The notes under the pieces were generated by a model. That model saw only the letters and a program-made list of their open reading frames with translations, was not told the DNA's origin and did not search any database. A DNA stretch of 64,000 nucleotides from an uncultured Spirochaetota bacterium (GTDB taxonomy: Bacteria; Spirochaetota; Spirochaetia; SZUA-6; Fen-1364): assembly GCA_963820525.1 (NCBI GenBank), contig CAWGAA010000001.1, forward strand, positions 160,001 through 224,000, given 5' to 3'. Below are positions 41,135 to 49,570 of the stretch, piece by piece. Position 1 is the first letter of the stretch, and each line of letters opens with the position of its first letter. A program made the translations under genes and the position numbers.

Positions 41135-41164
41135 ACTCTAGGCGCTTTGGCGGCCGGTTGTCAA
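41135..41164 (-). promoter_or_regulatory. Sigma70 promoter, leaderless
   Basis: TTGACA-18nt-TAGAGT, 6 nt before ATG 41128. Confidence 0.6.
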
Positions 41165-41236
41165 TGAGAGCTCCGTGGCCGCGAGTAGACAGCGGAAGAA
41201 CGCGTGTGTACATTAAAGAGCGTTTGGAGGTGCTGC

Positions 41237-41596
41237 ATGAGTGACATCGTGCCCAGGAGCCAGTTGAACAAGAGAGGCGTCCAGGGGGTTGCCGCAATCG
41301 CGGGAGGAATCGGCGTCTTGATACTGTCGGCCTTCGGCGGGCACCTGATCGGCGGCCTGCTCGTGGGAGGCGCCATCACCATTGTCGGTCTCGCTCTCAG
41401 CGGCTCCAGGAATGACAGGACCGTGGGCCTCGTGACAGCGGCTTTGGGGGCGGCGACCATTATCTCATCCATCCCGTTCCTGCGGGGCATCGGCGGGTTT
41501 TTCCATGGCTTGATGGTCGCCTCAGGCATCGTTCTCCTCGGAATCGGCGGTCTCTCACTTTTCCGCTTCATCTCGGGCCTGCGCAAGAGGATGTAG
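41237..41596 (+). CDS. Small Gly-rich 4-TM membrane protein
   Basis: GGAGG RBS; four hydrophobic segments. Confidence 0.75.
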   Translation: MSDIVPRSQLNKRGVQGVAAIAGGIGVLILSAFGGHLIGGLLVGGAITIVGLALSGSRNDRTVGLVTAALGAATIISSIPFLRGIGGFFHGLMVASGIVLLGIGGLSLFRFISGLRKRM

Positions 41597-41614
41597 CGGG
41601 GCTCATTTCTTCCC

Positions 41615-42925
41615 ATGCCGCAAAAAACAGTTTGGATTGAGACCTACGGCTGCCAGATGAACAAGGCCGAATCCGAGGCCTTGCTCCTCGAGCTGGTGCG
41701 CGAGGGTTGGGCCGAAGGGGAATCCCCCGACGCCGCGGACCTCGTGGTCATCAACACATGCTCCGTGCGAGAGACGGCTGAAGAGCGCATCCGGGGCCGG
41801 CTCGGCCACTACCGCAGCCTGAAAAAAGGCCGTCCCTTCACGCTTGCGCTCGTCGGGTGCATGGCTGAAAGGCTCCGCAGCGGCATCGCGGCGGAGTTTC
41901 CCGAGGTCGACGTCGTCGCGGGGACCTTCCGCAAGCGGGACCTCGTAGCGGCCGTGCGCGAATCCGAGCGCGAGAGAGAGCGAGTCGTTCTCACCGGCGG
42001 AGAGGAATACTCCTTCGCCAAGGTCCACTGCGCGGGCGGATTCAAGGCGTTCGTCCCTATAATGCACGGATGCGACAACTTCTGCACGTACTGCATCGTG
42101 CCGTACGTGCGCGGCCGCGAAGTATCCCGAGATCCTGATGAGATCCTGGCCGAGATTCGGTCCCTCGAGTCAAAGGGGGTGAGGGAGATCACGCTGCTGG
42201 GACAGAACGTGAACTCCTACCATTTTCAAGCGCGCCCGCCCGCCGTTGGCTTCGCTCGGCTGTTGAGGATCATCTCCCGCTCGGTATCCGGAATCCATTG
42301 GGTCAGGTTTCTGACCTCTCATCCCCGCGACCTCACGCAGGAGATCATAGAAGAGATAGGGGAGAATCCCCTGTTCTGCCGTCACATCCATCTGCCCATC
42401 CAGAGCGGCTCAAGCAAGATACTGCAGGCCATGAACCGCGGCTACACGAAAGAGGAGTATCTGCGGCTGGTGGAGGGGATCCGCAAGGCCCTCAGGGGAG
42501 TCTCGATCACGACCGATATTCTCATTGGGTTCCCGGGAGAGACCGAGGAGGATTTCATGCAGACCCTCGATCTCATGGAGCGCGTCGGCTTCGACGATGC
42601 TTTCATGTATTACTTCAATCCGCGGGAGGGAACCCCGGCGTTTGACATGGAGCGCCAGCTCGCATCTGAGGTGAAGCTCGAGCGGCTGGCCCGGGTGATC
42701 GAGACGCAGAGAAGGATTGTGGACCGCCGCATGGCGGAGCGGCTGGGAAACGAAGTCGAGGTCCTCGTTGAAGGCATTTCGAAAAAGAACGACGGAGAGC
42801 TTCTTGCCCGAACGGAGTGGGACGGCATGGCCGTGTTCCCAGGGCCCCTTTCCCTCATTGGAAGCTTCGCGCGCATCAGGCTGGAAGGGCAGAGCGGCAG
42901 TACTTTCCGCGGCCGGCAGATCTGA
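41615..42925 (+). CDS. miaB: tRNA-2-methylthio-N6-dimethylallyladenosine synthase MiaB
   Basis: ETYGCQMN, NTCSVRE, GCDNFCTYC radical SAM motif and TRAM domain. Confidence 0.95.
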   Translation: MPQKTVWIETYGCQMNKAESEALLLELVREGWAEGESPDAADLVVINTCSVRETAEERIRGRLGHYRSLKKGRPFTLALVGCMAERLRSGIAAEFPEVDVVAGTFRKRDLVAAVRESERERERVVLTGGEEYSFAKVHCAGGFKAFVPIMHGCDNFCTYCIVPYVRGREVSRDPDEILAEIRSLESKGVREITLLGQNVNSYHFQARPPAVGFARLLRIISRSVSGIHWVRFLTSHPRDLTQEIIEEIGENPLFCRHIHLPIQSGSSKILQAMNRGYTKEEYLRLVEGIRKALRGVSITTDILIGFPGETEEDFMQTLDLMERVGFDDAFMYYFNPREGTPAFDMERQLASEVKLERLARVIETQRRIVDRRMAERLGNEVEVLVEGISKKNDGELLARTEWDGMAVFPGPLSLIGSFARIRLEGQSGSTFRGRQI

Positions 42926-44198
42926 CGCCCGTCGGGCCTCTTTCATCCTCCTGATTGCCTTTCTTCTCCTCCTTCCCATACAGCGAGCAGGCGCGCAATC
43001 CGGCAAGCTCGACGAGGCGGGCAGGCTGGAGCGGGGAGGGGATTCTCCGGCAGCGCTTCGGCTCTACCGCGAGCTTTTGGCGGAGCTTCCCTCCGGCCTG
43101 GAGCTTTTCTCCGCCTTCGACGGGTATTTCCGGCTGGAAATGGATCTGGCCGCGCTGCTGTCAGCTTCGCGGGACCTGGTGGCGAAGGTGAAGGAAGATC
43201 CGCTTCCCGATGGGCTGGCCGTAAAGATAGCGCGCCTGTTGGAGCTTGCCGGACGCGGGGATGAAGCTTTCGCGCTCTACAAAAGGGATTTCATGAAAAG
43301 CGGCTCCACCGATTCCCTGGCGGCCGCGGCCAGACTGTGTATCGAGATGAACGACCTCGCGGATGCGGAGCGGATTCTCGCCGGAAGCCAGGGCGCGGCG
43401 GCCGGAGTGCTTGCGGGACAGATCGCGCTCCAGCGCGGCGACTACGAGCAAGCGCGGGCCCGTTTCCTTGCGGTCGCCAATGGAAGCGCTGGCTCCGAGG
43501 AGACGCTCCAGGCGATGTACGGATTGTACGCAGCTGCAGTCTTGAAGGGAGATTCCCAGGAGACGGCTGACGCGAGGGAAAGACTTCTGAAAGCCTTTCC
43601 CCAATCTCCGGAGGCGGCGATCGCCCGCAGCCAGGGCGCCGGGTCGCCGGAAATCTCCCGAATCGTTCTTTCTCCGCTGCCCGTTCAGCTGCTGGGGAGC
43701 GTGAACAACGTCCAGGTTGCCGTCGCAGGCTCCCGACCCGAGATACAGGAGCCGGCAAGCCAGCTTGTTGCTGCTCAGACCGCGGTAGGCCAGCCTCCAC
43801 AGTCGCCTGAAGGCCCGCTTCCCCCACTTCCCACCCCTGAGCCCCCTGCAAGCCCGCTTCCCGCGCCCCAGGGGCCGGCAAGCCAGTTGCCTACCCCCGA
43901 GCCCTCAGCACCCTCGCCACCTTCACTCCAGCCGACGGCCGCGAATACGCCCGACAAGCCTTCGCCGAAGGTGTCGGTCCAGGCAGGGTCCTATCAAGTG
44001 CTGGAGAACGCCGAAGACATGGTTTCTGAGCTGAAAAAGAGGGGATTCGCCGCAGTGGTGCGAGAAGAGATGGTTTCAGGCAGGAGATTATTCAAGGCCC
44101 TGGCCGGCGCCTCGCTCGGCATGGATGAGGCGAAAGATGTTCTCGCTCGGCTGGCCAGTCAGGGATTCGAGGGCTTCATCGTCTTCGAGAAGCAGTAG
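42858..44198 (+). CDS. TPR + Pro-rich linker + SPOR domain protein (start uncertain)
   Basis: Signal-like FILLIAFLLLLPIQRAGA, TPR helices, Pro-rich repeats and C-terminal VQAGSY...NA. No ATG near the expected start (about 42920); nearest in-frame TTG is 42858. Confidence 0.75.
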   Translation: MEASRASGWKGRAAVLSAAGRSDARRASFILLIAFLLLLPIQRAGAQSGKLDEAGRLERGGDSPAALRLYRELLAELPSGLELFSAFDGYFRLEMDLAALLSASRDLVAKVKEDPLPDGLAVKIARLLELAGRGDEAFALYKRDFMKSGSTDSLAAAARLCIEMNDLADAERILAGSQGAAAGVLAGQIALQRGDYEQARARFLAVANGSAGSEETLQAMYGLYAAAVLKGDSQETADARERLLKAFPQSPEAAIARSQGAGSPEISRIVLSPLPVQLLGSVNNVQVAVAGSRPEIQEPASQLVAAQTAVGQPPQSPEGPLPPLPTPEPPASPLPAPQGPASQLPTPEPSAPSPPSLQPTAANTPDKPSPKVSVQAGSYQVLENAEDMVSELKKRGFAAVVREEMVSGRRLFKALAGASLGMDEAKDVLARLASQGFEGFIVFEKQ

Positions 44199-44213
44199 GC
44201 GGCCTTTTCCCCT

Positions 44214-45721
44214 CTATTTGTTCGATTCTTGAATCCGCTCCACAGTGATCGGATCTCCCGCAGCCTCTTCGAACCCGTCGACGGTGAGCAGGACGGGAGA
44301 GAGAGTCAGGGTCTCGATAGCGCGATCGAAAACGCGCTTTCTTCCCGGCTGCACGAGGAAGCTCTTTGATTCGGCGGGCAGGCCCCGGGCATCGAAGAGC
44401 CGAATGCTCAGGATCCGATGTCCCTCGATGGAGAACACGACGAACGCGCCGGAGCGTGCCTGGGCTCCCGCAGCCCAGATGAGCCGCTGCCCGAGAAAGG
44501 TGATCACCAGGCCGTCCGTGCTCTGATACGTTCCTTCAAGATCCGGGGGGGCAAGAGTCACCGGCAGGGAATCCCGCGTGAGGTATCGACGGGCCACATC
44601 ATCGGTGAGCTTCTGATACACGGCGCTGCTGGAGTCTCCCAGATCGCCGCCCTGGATGGCGATTTCGAGGCTGCTGGTCGAAACGACGCGGATGGAGAAA
44701 GTGCGGGACACCGTATGGACCGCTTCATTCTCCGTGAACACGAGAAGGCGGTCATAGACGGTGCGGATGCTTCCGCCCCAGACGTACATTTCCTCTGTAT
44801 CACCGAGGTACCGTGTTATACGACGGCGATCCGGCTCGAAGCTGACGATCTCCAGGGCTCGGACTTTCTGGGATGGAGCGGTGGGCTCGCTGAGTTCCAC
44901 CCATGGGCCCTGGAGGAACTGCTCGAAGCTTTCCACGTTGGTGCCGGTGAAGAGCCGCGCGAGCTTATCCTGTTCCACTTTTTCGCGCGGGACCTTCTGC
45001 GGGTCCCCGCGACATAGCGATTCTCCGCGTAGCTCCAGGAATAGGGTATCCGAATGAGGTCCATGACATTCATTGAATCGGGGTCCTGGGAATAGGCATC
45101 GATGGGAAAACTGTCGGCGTTCTTCTGCCCCAGCGTGTAGGATTCCGGCCGATCGCTCTGCTCGATCACGATATCGTCGGCGACGATGCTGCACACTTCG
45201 CGCATGACAAGACCGAGGCCGGTGGCGGGAGAGGCTCTCTTGAAAACATTGAGGGTGAGCTTCCCGTGGGTGTTCATCCCGCCAACGACAATCTCCAGGC
45301 CATGATCGCCCACCAGGTCCTTCACGTACATGCTGAAGACCCGCGAACTCGTCGAGGCAGTCGGCGATTCCCAGCTCTGGTAGTAGTAGCGTCCCTTGGC
45401 CGAGTCGCAGTCCGCCAGAATGACCCGAACGGGGGAATCCACCTCGTCGCGCTTCTTTACCGCGATTACCTGCTCGGGGTCCGCGTCCTGATCGAGGTTC
45501 ACGTCAATGACGGACAGGAGCTTGTCCCCGCGATCCAGCGTGATCCTCGGGTGGACTTCCCCCTGCTCGGAGCCCGCATCTGCAGCCGCCCCGATCTGGC
45601 CGGCGGCAACCGTTTGCGGTGCGCTGCTGGGGATGATGAGGGCCGGCTCCGCCCTATGGGACGGGAGACACGCCGACAGGCAGGCCGCCAGGATGAGAAG
45701 AGGGATGTGAAGAGGCTTCAT
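44214..45721 (-). CDS. Pallilysin-related adhesin-like lipoprotein; frameshift at about 45001-45008
   Basis: LAACLSAC lipobox and DVNLDQDADPEQVI motif. ORFs 44816..45784 and 44214..45194 join if one base is added to a short homopolymer. Confidence 0.65.
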
Positions 45722-46695
45722 GAGAAATAGGCCTTCAGCTTGTCCAGGATGATCCGTTTTGTCACGGCGATGGTTTCCTTGCACTTGAAGCCGGCGGCAG
45801 TCTTGTGCCCGCCCCCGCCGAAGAACTGTGCGATCTCTGCCACATTGATGTTCCCTTTCGAGCGCAGCGAGCAGCGGACCAGGCCTTCCGTATTCTCCTT
45901 GAAAAAAACCGATACCCGGATTTCCTCGCTCTTGAGGGGAATATTGATGAGCTGATCCGCTTCCTCGTAGATGGCCCCCGATTCTAGGATCATCTCCTTG
46001 TTCATTGTCAATATGGCGACATGGTTCGCGTACACCAGCTCCAAGGTGGAAAGGACCTTCGACTGGAGGATGAGGGCGGAGATCGAGTTGCTCTCATACA
46101 CGCTTGCGTATATCGTGTTGGGCTCGATTCCCCGCAATACCAGGTCGCGCGCGATGTCGAAGGTGAGGGCCGTGGTCTTGGGGTAGATGAAGGAGCCCGT
46201 GTCGTAGACGATCGCCGTATAGAGAGCCTGCGCGATGGAGAAGTCGATCTCGATTTTCATCTCCCTGAAGAGCTGGAAAAGGATCTCCGCGGTGGAGGAT
46301 GCGCTCTTCTGGATGTAGTTGCCGGAAAGGATGTCCTCCTCGTTTTCGTGGTGGTCGATGATGTAGTGCTCGCGCACGCAGGGCAGCACCAGGGTGGCGA
46401 CCTGGCCGATATTGTGGATGTCGTTCGTGTCCAGCATCAGCAGGGAGTATTCCCCGATATCCGGCGGGAGCTGCCGCTCGTTCTCGAGCACCGTGATGGC
46501 CTTGTCCACGTCGAGGAAGGAGAACTTCTTCGGGGTCGGGTCCGCATTGAAAGCTATGGCTGTCTTGCCGATCTGGCGCAGGGCGCGGTACATGGCGCAC
46601 TCGCTGCCGATGGCATCCCCATCCGGCGTTTCGTGAACGGTGATGACGAACTTCTCCGTGCGCCTGAGAAAGTCGATTACTGCTTCGAACTCCAC
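45718..46695 (-). CDS. nrnA: DHH/DHHA1 phosphoesterase (NrnA / pApA phosphodiesterase family)
   Basis: HETPDGDAIGS, IDHH, YDTGSF, SLRSK, GGGGHKTAAG; GTG start at 46695. Confidence 0.85.
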   Translation of the reverse strand: MEFEAVIDFLRRTEKFVITVHETPDGDAIGSECAMYRALRQIGKTAIAFNADPTPKKFSFLDVDKAITVLENERQLPPDIGEYSLLMLDTNDIHNIGQVATLVLPCVREHYIIDHHENEEDILSGNYIQKSASSTAEILFQLFREMKIEIDFSIAQALYTAIVYDTGSFIYPKTTALTFDIARDLVLRGIEPNTIYASVYESNSISALILQSKVLSTLELVYANHVAILTMNKEMILESGAIYEEADQLINIPLKSEEIRVSVFFKENTEGLVRCSLRSKGNINVAEIAQFFGGGGHKTAAGFKCKETIAVTKRIILDKLKAYFS

Positions 46696-47834
46696 TTTGT
46701 TCCACCCTCGAAGAAGCTTGTCCCCTTCTTCACGATTTTCTGGCGTCGAAGCTGCGACGCGGTGGCGCCCGGCCCGATGAAGCTTCCGGGCTCCGCGCGA
46801 AACCCGCCCGGCATGGCCACGTTCATCCCGATGAGGGTGAGTCCCTCGCGGATCTGTTCGGGGAAGTCCTCGTTCGCCGCCGTCGGGGACCTGCCGCCGA
46901 TGTCGCAATTCTCCCCGATGTTGGGCGAGTTGCGGGCCCCTTCGTTCGTGAAGGGAAGAATGACGGCGTTCTGCACGGTGCTTCCGGCGCCGATCCTGTT
47001 GTTGTTCGTGACGATGGAGTTCAGCACCCGGGCGTTGGCGCGAACCGTCACGTTGGGGAAAATCACGGAGCCCTCGACGTAACCCTCGACTTCCGCCCCC
47101 GCGGCAATATAGGAGTCTTTGAGGTGGCCGCGCTCGGAGATGCGGGATTCGCCGAGCTTCTCGGCCAGCGGGGGCACGCGGGACACCACCCGGTTGAACT
47201 CCTCCCCGGTGCAGTTGTTCGCCAGCCAGAGATTCCTCCTGTAGAACTCCATGAGGTCGTTCTGAAAGAGCAGCTCTCCGGGAAGCTCTTCGAGGAGATC
47301 GATCGAAGAGAAGAGGATGCCCTCGAATAGGTACTCGCGGCTTCGGCTGTGCTTTCGCACCCTCGGGGCGTGCTCCGTCAGCAGGCGCAGGAGGAGGCTC
47401 CTTCGCGTCAAGTACATCTCTACCGGCGTCTTCTGGATCGAGGCCTTCACGAGCTCACCCCCGCGTCTCGCCCCAAGGTCGAGAAGCGCGCGCGCGTCGA
47501 ATACGCTCACCGAGGAAAGCGAGCACATCGCCACAACATCCGCCGGGTCCTCCTCCAGAAGCCGGATCAGGCCGTCGATTCCATCTTCGAGAACGTGAAC
47601 CTCGGCGGGGGCCTTCTTCCAGCGCCCGCCCAGCGTGAGGGCGAGGGCGCGCGATGATTCATCGAGCACGATCCTCATGGGGGTTTCGGCGCATGAGAAG
47701 AAGTTTGCCAGGCAAAAATCGACGAGGCAGAAATTCCCCCAGAAGGGCAGGAGAGAGAGCGGATATTCCGGGACGAGTCCCGGAATATCCTGAAAAGGTC
47801 CTGTTTCGAACAGGTAGACTGATGCGGTGCTCAG
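46677..47834 (-). CDS. GlgC/GlgD-like nucleotidyltransferase-fold protein with left-handed beta-helix; probable CTG start
   Basis: Frame stays open upstream of the annotated ATG (47678), giving PLSLLPFWGNFCLVDFCLAN. C-terminus has VEGYVEGSVIFPNVTVRANARVLNSIV. Confidence 0.65.
   Translation of the reverse strand: MSTASVYLFETGPFQDIPGLVPEYPLSLLPFWGNFCLVDFCLANFFSCAETPMRIVLDESSRALALTLGGRWKKAPAEVHVLEDGIDGLIRLLEEDPADVVAMCSLSSVSVFDARALLDLGARRGGELVKASIQKTPVEMYLTRRSLLLRLLTEHAPRVRKHSRSREYLFEGILFSSIDLLEELPGELLFQNDLMEFYRRNLWLANNCTGEEFNRVVSRVPPLAEKLGESRISERGHLKDSYIAAGAEVEGYVEGSVIFPNVTVRANARVLNSIVTNNNRIGAGSTVQNAVILPFTNEGARNSPNIGENCDIGGRSPTAANEDFPEQIREGLTLIGMNVAMPGGFRAEPGSFIGPGATASQLRRQKIVKKGTSFFEGGTKWSSKQ
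47761..47790. repeat. Perfect 14-bp inverted repeat
   Basis: GGATATTCCGGGAC-GA-GTCCCGGAATATCC. Confidence 0.9.
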
Positions 47835-47860
47835 ATTTGCCGGCCCTCTTTATCCGATTC

Positions 47861-49426
47861 TTACCTGGCGCCTCTCGCGGGGCCGGCGCCGCGCTTGCCG
47901 GATGAACGGCGCTGCGGCGCGGCACGCTTCTTTGAAGCGGTCTTGCCTGCGGCCCGAGTCCGCGGAACGCGCGTAGCCGGCGGACTCGCGTCCTGCCGCG
48001 GGGCGCTTTCTTTTGCGGCGTGCGTCGTGCTGGGCCGGGCGTCTGCAACCCTCAACTCCCTGCTTTTCCCATTCTCCGAGCGGAACGGAAAGCTCTGTCC
48101 GAGCACGTCGTCGTTTTCGCCGGAGAGCTTCGGGAAACGGTCAGCCTTCAGCACGTCGAAGCCCAGTCTGCTCTCCTTGAGGCGGAACCGCGCCAGGGAG
48201 CGGGCGTTGCGCCGGGTGATGAGGCTGAAGGTCCCGTCGGTCTCATTGAGGAAGACCTCGCCGCCGGCCCGCAGGGTCACGGGCGCGGTCATGAGCGGCT
48301 CATTGTCAACGTAGAGGAGAAACCGCACGGCTCTCCCCGATGCAAGCCTCCGTGCGGAGAAGATGGCCAGGAGGACGAGGGCCGCGAGCACCGCCAGAGC
48401 GACGAATGCGAGCCACCAGTAGTTCTCGACGACGCTTCTCACCTCGAGCGTGACGCCGACCTCTGACGGGTTGAAGCGTTCTCCAGAGAGGAACGAGAAG
48501 GAGAGGGTGCCGCTGGTTTTTCCCGCCGGCAAATCATTCGGGAAGCGGACGGGGACTCTCACGTTTGTGGTTCCGGAAGCCGCCACCGTGATGGGCAAGG
48601 ACGAAGGCAGGATGTTGGCGGCCGAGCGGGAGCCGAGGCGCGCCTCGATGCCGGCGATGGAAACCGATACCTCATGCGAGTAGCCCTCGCTCTTCAGAGC
48701 GAAGGAAAGCGAGCTGGATCCCCCCGAGCCGACCGGCGCGACGCTCACCCCGCCCGTAAGCGTCACCGAGCCCAGGAGGTTTTCCGTCTGCGCCTTCAAG
48801 CTCTCCACCGAAGGGTTTCCTGAAATCTGCGCAAAAGAGCCGGAGAGTTGCTGGGCAAGCTCTCTCACCTCGGCTTCCACGCCAATGCCGAGGATCTCGA
48901 TCTTCCAACCCTCTTTCTGGATGGTCTTGATGTTTGCCAGGAACTCGTGGTTGAACTTCCCGCTCGGTGAATAGTACTTGCTTGTGGGAGGAGCTTCCTG
49001 TCTGCCATCAGTCATCATGAGGACGAATTTTTTTCTTGAATCATCGGAAAGCGTTGCAATTTGCTCCTTCATGGCATCAAGTGCATTTCCAATATCTGTA
49101 AATCTTCCATTAGCTCTAATTTTGTCAATGATTGCTTTGATTTTTTGAATATCGGTCTGGTTTTTAACGATTTGAGAAACAATGACGTTCGCTTTCCCGT
49201 AGAAGCCAATGATGATGAGATTGTCTCCGGGAATGAGGACATCGTCGAGCAGCCACGTATTGACGTAGCGTTTGACTGAATCGATCTTTCCGTCCTCCGC
49301 CATCGAGAGGGATTTGTCTACGGCAAGGATGATGTCGATGTTCTCGGTTCGTTTGTCGGCGAATGCCGGGAGTGACAGGACGAAGAGCAGCGCCAGAGCG
49401 AGAAGGGAACTTTTCCGCGTTTGCAT
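47861..49426 (-). CDS. Membrane-anchored vWA-domain protein
   Basis: Signal peptide, MIDAS DKSLS...T...MTDG, Ig-like region, one TM helix and a basic C-terminal tail. Confidence 0.85.
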   Translation of the reverse strand: MQTRKSSLLALALLFVLSLPAFADKRTENIDIILAVDKSLSMAEDGKIDSVKRYVNTWLLDDVLIPGDNLIIIGFYGKANVIVSQIVKNQTDIQKIKAIIDKIRANGRFTDIGNALDAMKEQIATLSDDSRKKFVLMMTDGRQEAPPTSKYYSPSGKFNHEFLANIKTIQKEGWKIEILGIGVEAEVRELAQQLSGSFAQISGNPSVESLKAQTENLLGSVTLTGGVSVAPVGSGGSSSLSFALKSEGYSHEVSVSIAGIEARLGSRSAANILPSSLPITVAASGTTNVRVPVRFPNDLPAGKTSGTLSFSFLSGERFNPSEVGVTLEVRSVVENYWWLAFVALAVLAALVLLAIFSARRLASGRAVRFLLYVDNEPLMTAPVTLRAGGEVFLNETDGTFSLITRRNARSLARFRLKESRLGFDVLKADRFPKLSGENDDVLGQSFPFRSENGKSRELRVADARPSTTHAAKESAPRQDASPPATRVPRTRAAGKTASKKRAAPQRRSSGKRGAGPARGAR

Positions 49427-49570
49427 ACAGCCCCCCATCTTCGTATACTTATGTTTGTAGCATGCACCATATCGGGATAAATTGGAAGAGTAAAAAAAAA
49501 ATGTGCTTGAAAGGGTAGGGGTTTTGTGGTTTACTAGGAAAGCGAGAATACACGAGTAAAGGAGAATGGT

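Noticed and set aside
43750..43940. Repeats in the SPOR protein gene
   Set aside because: Ordinary Pro-rich linker coding sequence, typical of SPOR proteins.
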